From an uncultured candidate division WWE3 bacterium (lineage in GTDB: Bacteria; Patescibacteriota; WWE3; UBA101185; UBA10185): a stretch of DNA of 50,639 nucleotides. Below, piece after piece: positions 8,301 through 17,847 of the stretch; position 1 is the first letter of the stretch; the number at the start of each line of letters is the position of its first letter. The position numbers and the translations under genes were made by a program. Under the pieces are notes generated by a model. That model was not told the origin of the DNA and did no database searches. It worked only from the letters and a program-made list of their open reading frames with translations. The DNA lies in the NCBI GenBank assembly GCA_903879985.1, contig CAIRNR010000007.1, forward strand, positions 412,880 through 463,518, given 5' to 3'.

Positions 8301-9568
8301 GTAAAATAAGAGCACCAGCGCCACATAGAACACCCGCATGCACTGACGGCATAGCAGGGCCATTTACATGCCCGGGCATGGTCCTAAAATCAACGGACTT
8401 CAAAGTACAAAACCAGAACATAAATGAAGATAATAAACTATATCTAGACCCTATGAAAACTGTGGACAACATGTACCAACAGTTAATTCCACCATTTATG
8501 ACATCCAAATTCTACATTCCCGGAGCTAATGTAAGTGCTAAAACTTCCATAGTACCAAAAGAACAAGAACCTCAAGTCAATATGAATGAGGCATTACATA
8601 AAGACATAACGGGGTTCGGATCCGGCGCGGCGGCTGAATACAAACAAATAGCGGCACATCCAATAGATTTTGCACCATCAATGCCGATAAGTAACTCTGT
8701 ACAGTTTTGGTGCACTAGCGAGTTAGGCGCAGGAGCTTGGAGCTGCCCAATATTACCAGTACCAAACCCAGAGTTCATCGATATTAATGCCTTATTAACC
8801 GATGGTAGAAACGGATATTCTTCTGCGGAAAACGTGCTTGGCGCAGACCAAACAGCATATACCCCAAGCCATACTTCGTATTTAACCTTTTGGTTAAATG
8901 CCGCCGCATCATTCCCATTTATTAAAAGCAATGCACAAATACCTGCACTTGCTGCTGGGGGTTATTGTTCACTTAACCCAAGTGACGATTGTAAACGCGC
9001 ATTAGGTATACCTGAAGCAGATTTAAAAGCAGAGTTATCAAGTCCTATGTTACATATAATGGATGCAGCAGCGCAGAAATTTAGCATACCCGCCGTAGTA
9101 CTTGCAGAATACTTAGGAAGAATAGGAAAAATAGGATCTTACAGATATTTTTGGAGCCAAGGCGGAGCAAAGAGCTTAATTGATGCCAGTTCTCCTTGGT
9201 ATGGCACTATTGCCGAATGCGATGACGTTAATGCTGCCGAACAAGGCGCATACGACTTATTCCAAACCGGATTTAATGGCGGATTAAAAGGACCAGGCGA
9301 TGCCACAGGTGCCTGCGCCGCGCTTGAGGAATTAAGTCAAGGTAGATGCAAAACAGCAAGTAGGTGTAATTTCTTAGACTCGACGTATGTTGTAGCAGCG
9401 ATATTAAAAACAATGGGACCACAAAGTGGCGGTTGCGGGTGGACATATGCTCAAGCAAAGGCAGCTTTATACACGTTAACATGGGGATCAGATAGAAAAG
9501 TTGGGTTTGCAAACGATCCTTGGTACGAGAATGCTCCAGGTCCAAAAATCTGGGACGCATGCAAATAA
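5381..9568 (+). CDS. Giant secreted Cys-rich protein with degenerate lysozyme-like C-terminus
   Basis: N-terminal signal peptide, many Cys clusters; AAAQKFSIPAVVLA...RCNFLDSTYVVAAILK resembles an SLT fold. Confidence 0.75.
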   Translation: MLRKFSAVFSIIFFLLLLSQTASIQHAFAARLLAPGTRCDLSSDNRISNVCGNARSALSEDYALSDGQTATGPGRGLGGVSVYLYECDPTSPTCKVEGNLTLLNNAFSSTYTTDETGWYEIPMRKVGAYQLRYIVFACNGTVAGIQKIRSYQSLELNPILNCPPYNSYIPPPKKLNYIDKSPLSCDMQPAFSGGPVAMEVSYGETKPSTLLNLDITVKDGDPRFATLATDPQAPILAVAGNDGNVDGAWWHLDCMKKYSGVSRQLCMGGQPDVNGTRQKYEDALYANPAYLVQNKLPNIPPSNSILFYKELTPRQDITEYSQSPTKPAQFLQTQFGNCVGQVYLRKFGEKTQENIVDCSAFKSCNAAIGDGDRNRQYSSGPMKGLANPSIFQTKFEADADLNAVVCKVDGGTCTLKCDSPTNPTKCWYEGDCIKLGQIQPSWSLCHLGEGGCNYKYDKTYFNPEIMYFHGLAGTPSKYPLGFETTNDSYGSSQGAGLGNTFTNEVPWQPTKEAQGVPAQGGTFITGTNPLGNSNNSLFAPMGGLVSNSLGGGKIALSYVLDRPFESPDDKMRYTSGEMLMDLDPGVAHCIKSNVNKDLITGAKDLITNVLTETRNGNIYRNSMFQGVLDHWFKDLSLSGAELVDISGTAQSKKTATSGRYFTTPAKNRAIELNRWAPNLFTLGVTQKFGFIDYSSWAIMNRDFVDSVLTTTYGPGKITVTSDSILAAILSVVQKFLDKTENKTFIDRKSTAPEQLMDDIKADFTLSEENFMSLFPLPTRFDSNWLETDDWGKDNQCYPWKTVLPTKASCGTAKEDPSNPGVETQDPQAISRTCRVEACNKKQTIVRCDCEKHSDGSVSGPDNCDDKDVVDVDGGGACAHAWLDPYNDRLRCAQTQTTCMDDKGKVDEDCLKLTFGIESPLGNIVDSAKPKCEDQTYPSCCTNPPGGWNKTEDVEVTNPATGEVTIETKYSCEGCKIRAPAPHRTPACTDGIAGPFTCPGMVLKSTDFKVQNQNINEDNKLYLDPMKTVDNMYQQLIPPFMTSKFYIPGANVSAKTSIVPKEQEPQVNMNEALHKDITGFGSGAAAEYKQIAAHPIDFAPSMPISNSVQFWCTSELGAGAWSCPILPVPNPEFIDINALLTDGRNGYSSAENVLGADQTAYTPSHTSYLTFWLNAAASFPFIKSNAQIPALAAGGYCSLNPSDDCKRALGIPEADLKAELSSPMLHIMDAAAQKFSIPAVVLAEYLGRIGKIGSYRYFWSQGGAKSLIDASSPWYGTIAECDDVNAAEQGAYDLFQTGFNGGLKGPGDATGACAALEELSQGRCKTASRCNFLDSTYVVAAILKTMGPQSGGCGWTYAQAKAALYTLTWGSDRKVGFANDPWYENAPGPKIWDACK

Positions 9569-9787
9569 TGCAACACCAAAAACGATACTGCTATTGTTAA
9601 CAACAACTTCCCCTATTGTAAACATAATAGATTACCCGGAACGGTACCACCATGCGCAGGAAACTCATGCAGCACGGACAAATGCCTCACCAAATGTAAC
9701 AGGTATTATATAAAACGAAACTAATAACGTTCCATAGAATTTAGCTGATAAACCTTAGAAATTTGGGAAATAAATAGTACCTAGTGT

Positions 9788-11266
9788 TTACTTCTTCTTC
9801 TTAACACCGGTACCTAAAAAGCTTTCGATATGACCTTCCATACCCACGGCAAGACCAAAAGTGTACAAGATAACTAATAGTGGTAAAAAGGTACCTAAAA
9901 GCACGCCACCAATGTTACCTTCAGTTACGGTGCCTTTAAGAATTTGTAAGGATAGGTAGAAACCAAACCAAGTAACTATGCCCATACCAAAGAGCGTAAG
10001 TATATATTTAGCCATGCGCATAAACCAATCTTTGATCTTATCCTCACTACCAGGTACAACACCTAAGGCAAATTCTAATGGCGATGTGATAACGGAAAAC
10101 ACAATCTTTATATAAATCGAAAATGCTTTTATAAGTGTGAAAATCCACATTATAAAAATTACTATTGCAAATATAACGGCTAAAAGTATTGTTATACCCC
10201 CAGTTACAAGGCCACTCAACATAAGACCTACAATACCCATGATAATTACTCCAGCATCAGGCATTGTACTCAGGAGGCTGTTCGCTATATCATGGCCACT
10301 ATTAAACAAAATCCATCCGAGCGTACCCAAAGAGGCACCTATTGGGTAACTGAAAGTGATTAATACAACACCTAAAACTAAACGGGGCAATGCGTACTGA
10401 ACCGATACAACTAATTGTTGACTAACACGTTTTCTTAAAATAATTAAAATACCTGTGTATAAAAGCACTACAGCAATTGCGGCATATGCTAGATTTCTCA
10501 TGGCCTGCCAAGCACCGAAAATACTTATCATAAAGGAACTATAGTTTCCTGTTACAGTAGACTGTGCCATGGCCGTACCAAGAAATGGAACTTTAGAAAG
10601 AGTCGTGTTTGTGTAATAGGCTAAACTTACAGGTATTTCTTGCTTTGTAGCGTAAGAATCTAGAGTATAGGCTAAACCTAACAAAGAACCTCCAGTGGTG
10701 TCATTTAAAAAGTCAGCAGAATAAATAGCAGCCCCCGGTGTTTCGATATATCCTGCGGACGCAGTATTATTGCTGATATTATTAGTCATTTTATCGCAGG
10801 TAGTGTTTGGTGTTTGTGCACAACCAGAACCAGCTGCGCCGATTTTACTCATAAAATACTGACCACAACCTGCCGTTTCAGAAAGGCTATGCCCAGTTAC
10901 AAGAGTATAGAGGGATGTAATTAAAGCTGTAGTGAAATCTTTAACTGTTAAAGGAATTCCTTGAGGTTCAGTTAATAGATTCGCATTGTAAAGGTTACGG
11001 TCAACATCGCACTGAGAAGCGGGGATAACTATTGGTACTGGTACTACCGGGGGTGTAACAGAACTAACCATACAGGGGCCAGTTGGATAATCATAATAAC
11101 AACCTGAAGTAGTATCACAAGTATGAGGATCACTGATAGTACCACAATCCGCAGCATAAACTTTTGAATTAGGTAAATGCGAAAAAATAACAAAAAAAGA
11201 ACCAACCGTTACCACTGCAACAATAAATGTTCGTAGCGCAAAATTAATTCTTTTTATAAACATCAT
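9788..11266 (-). CDS. Polytopic membrane protein, TrbL/VirB6-like
   Basis: Cys-rich exported N-terminus followed by about 7 hydrophobic helices (WQAMRNLAY...LPRLVLGVVLITFSY); near pilins. Confidence 0.6.
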   Translation of the reverse strand: MMFIKRINFALRTFIVAVVTVGSFFVIFSHLPNSKVYAADCGTISDPHTCDTTSGCYYDYPTGPCMVSSVTPPVVPVPIVIPASQCDVDRNLYNANLLTEPQGIPLTVKDFTTALITSLYTLVTGHSLSETAGCGQYFMSKIGAAGSGCAQTPNTTCDKMTNNISNNTASAGYIETPGAAIYSADFLNDTTGGSLLGLAYTLDSYATKQEIPVSLAYYTNTTLSKVPFLGTAMAQSTVTGNYSSFMISIFGAWQAMRNLAYAAIAVVLLYTGILIILRKRVSQQLVVSVQYALPRLVLGVVLITFSYPIGASLGTLGWILFNSGHDIANSLLSTMPDAGVIIMGIVGLMLSGLVTGGITILLAVIFAIVIFIMWIFTLIKAFSIYIKIVFSVITSPLEFALGVVPGSEDKIKDWFMRMAKYILTLFGMGIVTWFGFYLSLQILKGTVTEGNIGGVLLGTFLPLLVILYTFGLAVGMEGHIESFLGTGVKKKK

Positions 11267-11330
11267 AATGATAAATAAATTAGACCAGATTATTCCCTTT
11301 TTGTCTACCTAATTATAGAATGAATAGTAT

Positions 11331-14300
11331 ATGGCAAACAACCCCCTATTTCCGGGATATGTAAGCGACAAACCAGACAAGCAACAAATTAACCCAATGT
11401 TCCCGGGTTATTTTCCAGGTGCGCCTATTCAAAAAAAACCAATATATCCCGTACTTACACCATTAACCTATGATGCGGATATAGCTTTTAAATACATTGA
11501 TGACGCAGCTGAACACGTTACAGGAGGCCCTGAATGGATTAAAGATAAAATCATTAAGGACTGGAAAGATAATTTTAAAGCAAGTTATAAACCTGATGAT
11601 ATTTCTGTTGAGCAATTAAATGATTATGACGCCGATGCTTTGCCCGGAGTGGCCAGCGCGCAAATCTCCTTAAATCCTGAAGATTGGAAAAACCCAGGGG
11701 AGCAAGCCGAAAAGACTGTAAAAACTTGGGTAACGTCTGTGACGGGCGTTAAATTCGATAAATACTCGTGGATGCCAAACGGCTTTAATACTGAAGATTA
11801 TGAGAACCGTGTACAAACAGCTATTTGGGGAAATGTTTTAGGTATTACAGATGAAACTTCAGGTGGATATTTATTAAGAGAAGCGTCTAAAGCAACCGCT
11901 GAAAATACCCGCGCTTGGCACAGCGATTTTAAAAACACAGGACCACAACCTTTTAAACTCACAGACTCAGGAATTATTAGTGACTTTAGTAAAACAGATT
12001 CATACGCAGCTGTTGCTAGTAGCATGGTGGATTTTGAAAGATACAACGGCGCGGAAAATCAAAAAAGAGATAGCAAGCACGATAGTATGTTGGTAAATAC
12101 CGTAAAGGCAATGGATGATGAACTTAACGGATATACCACCACGGCCCGCGACAACACAACTAGTGTTGTTTCCCACAGACACAATGATGTTTTAGCAGCA
12201 GTCGCGCCTGCGGATAGAGCCGCAACGGAAGATGCCCTTAAATACTTTAAACTCCAAAGATCGGTTGTAGACAACATGGAATCCACAAAACGAACCTATG
12301 CAGGTGCCCTGGGAATAACAACACATCTAGAAAAAGAAATGGCCGGAGCAAGTAGATGGGATGCTACAAATCCGTCGGGACCAGCATATGTAAAAGTTAC
12401 AGCCGATCCTGCAAAAGCTTTAGATGCAATAAGAGGTAACCTTCACGGAACATTGAACACCACAACGGGAGCAATGGAAGGTGGCCTAGATCAATTTATC
12501 GCACAAGCGCACGCAATAAGTCCCGCAGCGGGCAAAGCCATGGAAAACTCCGTTGCGGAATATAAAAAATATCTTACAAATCTAGAAAACACCCTACAAA
12601 CTTCTATAGCGAATAAAGACTCAAAAGCAGTCATGCTTTATAAAATAAAAAATACTACCAGCGGTGACGCACGTATGCGCACACTAAGTGGAGGAAACGT
12701 ATTAACAGGAAACATCCAAAGAACATACGTTGAAGGCATACAACAGCAAATATTACGCCCTGGGCTTAACACTGCCGTGCCAAGAGAGCTTCAAATTGGA
12801 ACTGTGCTAAAAAATGGAAGCATTTCGGCAATGCCCGATTTGTATGCAAATAGAACACGCATACTACTTTCCCGTATGGTAACGGAGCAAAACGCAAATA
12901 GAATTACCGAGGTTGTAGGCGCAATGTCCGATGGAAAATTCATGGAACGCTACGTTTGGAACACAATCTCCACAAAAATAACAGGATATACCCCTGCCGC
13001 TATAACGGAAGCGGTTATGAAAAAAGTGAATTACTTTGGCTTTGTTATCGATGAAAACTACGATCCAAGCAGTAATTTTACAAGAAACCTATACAACAAC
13101 GATGTATTTAAAAATCACTTTAACCTAAAGGTAAACGGTGTAACTAATAAAATATATGGCGCTAACGAACTAACAGGCGCGTTAACCCTAATGGAATATT
13201 TAGACATGAAGAAGTTGGATATTACAGATATCCAAAGCCTTTTAAACGGATCGGTTAATTTAACATCAGGAAGCGCCGCTGCAAAAGCAATTTTGGATAA
13301 ACTCCCCGCAAGTGCAAGTGCAAAATTATTACAAGCCAATATAACTAATTTTAGGGCATGGCTAGATAGCGCAGACAATAAATTCGGCATTAAATCTACC
13401 GACAACATAAACGATTTAGTGAGTTTAATGCGCGCACTTCAAAAAGAAAATTCACACTCCGCAACTTTTGGTATAACTGCAAGGTATGCAGGCTTCATTC
13501 AAAAATGGGGCGTTTTCCTAGGCAAACTACAAGACCAAATTTACGACAGATTTGGAATAGCACTTAAGCCGCTGTTCCAATTAAAAACATACATATCCCA
13601 ACAAATTTCGGCAATGATATCAAAAGCCTTGGTGGCAGGCATTACTAAAATATTAGTACTACTGGGCGCAGCTGCCACTGGAGGTGCTTTAGAATTTATT
13701 GGACCACTTATTGAAAAGATTCTCGCTCCACTAATCCGCGCCGTCTTCGACAAAGCAACCTCATACTTTAAAACTTTCTTTGTTGAAATGCTTTTACATG
13801 GAAACTGGGATGCCGTTATAAAGCAAATGGAAAAGGAAATAGAGGGCGTATTAAAGTTTATATTACGCGGATTCGCGATATTTATCGTAGTAACAGTATT
13901 ACCAGCCGCTATATTATGGGGATCAGTTTTATCAGTTTTATCCCCTATCGATCCTACTAAAAGTAATGTGGGGTATGACGGTTTAACCACCATGGAAAAC
14001 CCTTACATGACCGTAACAAAGGATGTGACGGTAGGAGGGCAAACTAATCCACGAGAGCCTTTGTCTAACGATGCATTGCCATTGACAGCACATTACACAA
14101 TTACAATAACCGCAAAACAAGATTTACCGGCAATGACTGGTACCGATATAGCGAAGATCCTACAAGCTGGCGCAAGTGCAAGAACCTTAATAAATATGAA
14201 TAACATTTCTATACCGGCTATACTCGCCGGCGAGTCTTACGAAGTAACCGGAATTCCTGATATTAATTTGACCGCAAGCGACAAAGATAGTGCAATATAC

Positions 14301-15002
14301 AATACTTTTACCGCAACCCTACCAGCAGAATTTGCGGCATCAAATAACTCGGCCTCGGCTTTTAGAAGCTTTAGTGTTGGTAAACCTCCGTTTGATATAA
14401 ACTGTTTTGAATTCCATGTTAGATCCGGTGAGGAAGATAGCTTTATATCTGCAGCTACAGCGCTAGGCAATGTAAGTGGTGGTTATTTGCCAAGGTTGTG
14501 TGCAAAAGTGGGGAAAATAATAGTTACACGAAATTCTGAACCCGCATGCGGACTGTCTACGAGACCAAATTTTATTAACTTCGGAGATGGAGGTTGCGCT
14601 TCTGGTGGTTATTATGCAAATACACCACAAGGTCATAAATTACTTAATTACTTATTCGCGCATGAAACAGGACATATTTACAACTACAATGTTCTAAATT
14701 ACTCAAATCCAGCAGATGGTGGGGATGCACTCCACTGGCCACAAGGGTTTGATAATGTAAAAGCATTAGACGGGGGAAGACAATTACCAACATACGATAT
14801 TGCCTACACAGGTTACGGAGACTGTGGAAAACAACCAGAATGGGAAGATTTTGCCGATTCGGTAGGAGACTACGTGCAAAATAATCCAGCATCGAAATGC
14901 CATGAGTCACGTGGTGCAGAAAATCCCTACGATTACAATGCATTCTGGGCACTATATCCTGAACACAAACGCTATGTAGAACAAGTTTTATTTGCACCAT
15001 AA
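11331..15002 (+). CDS. Large membrane-anchored protein with C-terminal zincin (HExxH) domain
   Basis: Helical N-terminal region, TM segment, beta-rich domain, FAHETGH plus downstream EDFAD. Confidence 0.75.
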   Translation: MANNPLFPGYVSDKPDKQQINPMFPGYFPGAPIQKKPIYPVLTPLTYDADIAFKYIDDAAEHVTGGPEWIKDKIIKDWKDNFKASYKPDDISVEQLNDYDADALPGVASAQISLNPEDWKNPGEQAEKTVKTWVTSVTGVKFDKYSWMPNGFNTEDYENRVQTAIWGNVLGITDETSGGYLLREASKATAENTRAWHSDFKNTGPQPFKLTDSGIISDFSKTDSYAAVASSMVDFERYNGAENQKRDSKHDSMLVNTVKAMDDELNGYTTTARDNTTSVVSHRHNDVLAAVAPADRAATEDALKYFKLQRSVVDNMESTKRTYAGALGITTHLEKEMAGASRWDATNPSGPAYVKVTADPAKALDAIRGNLHGTLNTTTGAMEGGLDQFIAQAHAISPAAGKAMENSVAEYKKYLTNLENTLQTSIANKDSKAVMLYKIKNTTSGDARMRTLSGGNVLTGNIQRTYVEGIQQQILRPGLNTAVPRELQIGTVLKNGSISAMPDLYANRTRILLSRMVTEQNANRITEVVGAMSDGKFMERYVWNTISTKITGYTPAAITEAVMKKVNYFGFVIDENYDPSSNFTRNLYNNDVFKNHFNLKVNGVTNKIYGANELTGALTLMEYLDMKKLDITDIQSLLNGSVNLTSGSAAAKAILDKLPASASAKLLQANITNFRAWLDSADNKFGIKSTDNINDLVSLMRALQKENSHSATFGITARYAGFIQKWGVFLGKLQDQIYDRFGIALKPLFQLKTYISQQISAMISKALVAGITKILVLLGAAATGGALEFIGPLIEKILAPLIRAVFDKATSYFKTFFVEMLLHGNWDAVIKQMEKEIEGVLKFILRGFAIFIVVTVLPAAILWGSVLSVLSPIDPTKSNVGYDGLTTMENPYMTVTKDVTVGGQTNPREPLSNDALPLTAHYTITITAKQDLPAMTGTDIAKILQAGASARTLINMNNISIPAILAGESYEVTGIPDINLTASDKDSAIYNTFTATLPAEFAASNNSASAFRSFSVGKPPFDINCFEFHVRSGEEDSFISAATALGNVSGGYLPRLCAKVGKIIVTRNSEPACGLSTRPNFINFGDGGCASGGYYANTPQGHKLLNYLFAHETGHIYNYNVLNYSNPADGGDALHWPQGFDNVKALDGGRQLPTYDIAYTGYGDCGKQPEWEDFADSVGDYVQNNPASKCHESRGAENPYDYNAFWALYPEHKRYVEQVLFAP

Positions 15003-15009
15003 GGAGTAT

Positions 15010-15597
15010 ATGAATTTACCAAAAGAATTTAGAAAGTATATTTTTATAGGCATAGGCGTTCTTATGGTTGTTGCTCTGCTAATAGACTTTTTAGCACGCA
15101 GAAATATTACAATCACACAAGCTCCGTACAAAGTTGCGACAAAACCCGCGGACGTAACGTGGAATGGTAAAAAAGAAAGTGATGTGGTAAGCGCTTTCGA
15201 ACAAAACATTGCAAGCGTGATAGATACAAAACAGCTAAATGGCGACTATGTAGAAAAATCTGTAATTCTAAAAGACCCAAATATTGTTGCCTCGGTTATT
15301 ACGGATATGCACGGAAAAATAGCAATGTATATTGCCTCGCCTACACAAGACTCAGAACGTACATTAGAAAAACAAGAGCAAATATATTCTTTGGGTATGC
15401 CATCTTTGATTATGTATACTGCGGATGTAAATAGCCCACAACTCTTTGTATATGCCACAAAAGGTGTTGCCTACGAGTTAGATCCAATTACTAGAGACAT
15501 ACATCAAATATTACTATTCGAACCTACTACAAACGATATCTTTAAAAATATAATTGGGAAGAAGTACTTAGCAGAACCTGCCGAAGCAGGATATTAA
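15010..15597 (+). CDS. Membrane-anchored hypothetical protein
   Basis: AAGGAG before ATG 15010; single N-terminal TM. Confidence 0.75.
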   Translation: MNLPKEFRKYIFIGIGVLMVVALLIDFLARRNITITQAPYKVATKPADVTWNGKKESDVVSAFEQNIASVIDTKQLNGDYVEKSVILKDPNIVASVITDMHGKIAMYIASPTQDSERTLEKQEQIYSLGMPSLIMYTADVNSPQLFVYATKGVAYELDPITRDIHQILLFEPTTNDIFKNIIGKKYLAEPAEAGY

Positions 15598-15609
15598 TCA
15601 CTGGCCCGT

Positions 15610-15935
15610 TTATGGATTCATTACACCGACCAGCGCATTAAGGCCATCATTTATTGCACCTAGAAAACCACCGTGGAGCGGGCCATTACCAAGTAGTCTT
15701 GTTATAATCGTGTAAATAGAAATGTAGCCAACAACAATCAAAAAACCGTAAAGTCCGTAAGTCCATGTTTGCTTTGCTGCATCCAATCCCCGAGGATTTC
15801 CTAAAGCCATTGCGGCCTTTATAGCGCCATAAGCAACAACTCCGGCAAAAACCAGACCTGCAGCAATAACTAAAAAATTAACTATTCTAAATAGTGAAGC
15901 TGTAAGATCAAATAATGTTGGTTATTAAAATCCAT
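15610..15935 (-). pseudogene. VirB2/TrbC-like pilin with 1-nt frameshift near 15920
   Basis: ATG GAT TTT AAT AAC joins the frame PTLFDLTASLFRIVNFLV...ALGNPRGLDAAKQTWTYG if one C is restored, giving 108 aa. Confidence 0.7.
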
Positions 15936-15939
15936 ATGT

Positions 15940-16263
15940 TTATAGTATAGCGCTATTAATTCCAAATAATTTCATAACAATGGTCTTTATTGTAAATGTA
16001 AAAACGCCTATTAGAAAGGCTATCACTGCCCATGTGAGAGATGTTTTGGCCTCTTGCACAGCTTTAGGATCCCCCTGAGACATTATAAATTTTAGAAATG
16101 AATACGCAATTGCAATAAGTGAAATACCTATAGCCAAAACAATGACTACGTTTACACCTAAATATATAACTGAATATAAGGAGTAGCTGTCTCCAATAAA
16201 AGGAGATACGCCGCCTATTCCTGAATTGCCTATTACTAATTGTAAATTATCAAAAGGATGCAT
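15940..16263 (-). CDS. VirB2/TrbC-like pilin
   Basis: TM-KFIMSQGDPKAVQEAKTSLTWAVI-TM. Confidence 0.85.
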   Translation of the reverse strand: MHPFDNLQLVIGNSGIGGVSPFIGDSYSLYSVIYLGVNVVIVLAIGISLIAIAYSFLKFIMSQGDPKAVQEAKTSLTWAVIAFLIGVFTFTIKTIVMKLFGINSAIL

Positions 16264-16278
16264 AACAAAACACCAACC

Positions 16279-16299
16279 AGGCCCGGGGTTACCGGGCCT
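16279..16299 (-). terminator. GC-rich stem-loop after the putative major pilin
   Basis: AGGCCCGG-N5-CCGGGCCT perfect 8-bp stem. Confidence 0.55.
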
Positions 16300-16325
16300 T
16301 TCCTAAATACAAATAAAAAACCTAA

Positions 16326-16667
16326 CTAGTACGCGGTTGTTAAGTTCGCGTTAGCACCGATTAATGACAAAAGTATTCTTCTTAATGCGTAAACTAACAA
16401 CAAACCAACAGCGCCAATTACGGCATAAGTAAGTGTTTTTTGAGCACTTTCTACAGCAGTCTTATCTCCTTGAGATGTGACGTATTTAACAAAACCTAGC
16501 GCTAACATAACTATAACTACTGCAATACCTACAACGATGATGACATTAGTAATTAACGTAACTAACTCATTCAAAGAGGTGATATTCATTCCTTGAATCT
16601 CGGTAGTTCCCACTCCTTGTTGTGCTTGTGCGAACAATGGTGTGACAAATGAAAGTAATAAATTCAT
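16326..16667 (-). CDS. VirB2/TrbC-like pilin (likely major)
   Basis: Signal peptide (LFAQ), KYVTSQGDKTAVESAQKTLTYAVIG; AAGGAGGT upstream. Confidence 0.85.
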   Translation of the reverse strand: MNLLLSFVTPLFAQAQQGVGTTEIQGMNITSLNELVTLITNVIIVVGIAVVIVMLALGFVKYVTSQGDKTAVESAQKTLTYAVIGAVGLLLVYALRRILLSLIGANANLTTAY

Positions 16668-16690
16668 GTTATTAAAAAACTACACCTCCT

Positions 16691-17785
16691 TTAAAAATTT
16701 GGACCCGAACCAGTTACCATGCTAATTATAACCTTTAGAATGTATAAGGACAATAAAATGAATATTGTTCCTAATATTGCGGAAGTTAAGTGTTCTTGGC
16801 CTTCTTTTACCTTTTGGGGATCTCCTTCACTTGTCATGAGCAAATATCCGGCATAAACAATAAATATTCCGCCCAGAGTTAAACCTACGTAAAACAATAT
16901 CTTAACTATTGGGCCCAGTAGCTGAGACAAATCCTTTATAGTATGACTGTTGTAAGGAGTATAAGTGGGTGTAACAACAGAAGGCGCATTGCCGTCACCA
17001 CAGTGCAAGTTTGCTAAACAGACAAGGCCATCATAGCAGGGTTGACCCACTTCAATACCTGGACAACAAACTTTATTCATATATCCACAAGAAGTGTCTA
17101 TAGGTGTTGGAGCCGCACAAGCTCCCGCAACACACTGTAAATTATTATTACAGTAGGGAGAACCACGCTCAAAACAACAAGGGCCTGAAACACTACCACA
17201 CCTGTTACCATAGCACGCGGAACCAACTTTATTGGGGTCACAACAATTAGTGCGATCAGCACATACAAAACCGTTTTTACAAAAAGTAGTCGCTGCGGAA
17301 TCTCCAGCGCGACAACAACTCTTACCCTCGGCATCACAATTAATGTCTGTTGAGTTAAGTTTACAAGTACCTCCAGTACAATAAGTACCCGCACCACATT
17401 TATCCCCTGCACAACAAGGCCCATTGGTTACGCCGCAAGTAGCACATGTATCGGACGTACCACAGACAAGGGTGGTCCCGGTACAATAATGAGGATCTTT
17501 ATCTTTACAACAAGCACTACCAGGACTTGTACATGTATTTGGTGAAGGTGGTGCGGGGACATAACATTTTGGAAAATTTGGATCTGTTGTGGAATCACAA
17601 ATTAAACCAGGATATATTCGGTCATCACATGTATATTCGGCTGTGCCTGTTATTGGGTTAGGCCCACCGCAACATGTAGCACCTTTATAAGTGCAATCCG
17701 TTTGCGCAAAAGATACTTTTGAAAAAGCAAATTGGGACAATAACAATATGAAAAAACAAAATGAAAAAGTTTTGAGCTTACCCAT
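16691..17785 (-). CDS. Pilin fused to six Cys-rich repeats
   Basis: Signal peptide, six C-x6-CC-..C-..C-..C modules, C-terminal MTSEGDPQKVKEGQEHLTSAILG. Confidence 0.85.
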   Translation of the reverse strand: MGKLKTFSFCFFILLLSQFAFSKVSFAQTDCTYKGATCCGGPNPITGTAEYTCDDRIYPGLICDSTTDPNFPKCYVPAPPSPNTCTSPGSACCKDKDPHYCTGTTLVCGTSDTCATCGVTNGPCCAGDKCGAGTYCTGGTCKLNSTDINCDAEGKSCCRAGDSAATTFCKNGFVCADRTNCCDPNKVGSACYGNRCGSVSGPCCFERGSPYCNNNLQCVAGACAAPTPIDTSCGYMNKVCCPGIEVGQPCYDGLVCLANLHCGDGNAPSVVTPTYTPYNSHTIKDLSQLLGPIVKILFYVGLTLGGIFIVYAGYLLMTSEGDPQKVKEGQEHLTSAILGTIFILLSLYILKVIISMVTGSGPNF

Positions 17786-17847
17786 AGTCAAAGTATAACA
17801 ATAAACAATAAAAATTTAAACAATAACCAGACTGGTATAATAAACCC

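Noticed and set aside
7768-8508. 246-aa minus-strand ORF and other antisense ORFs in the track
   Set aside because: Shadows of long genes on the opposite strand with no motifs or start signals
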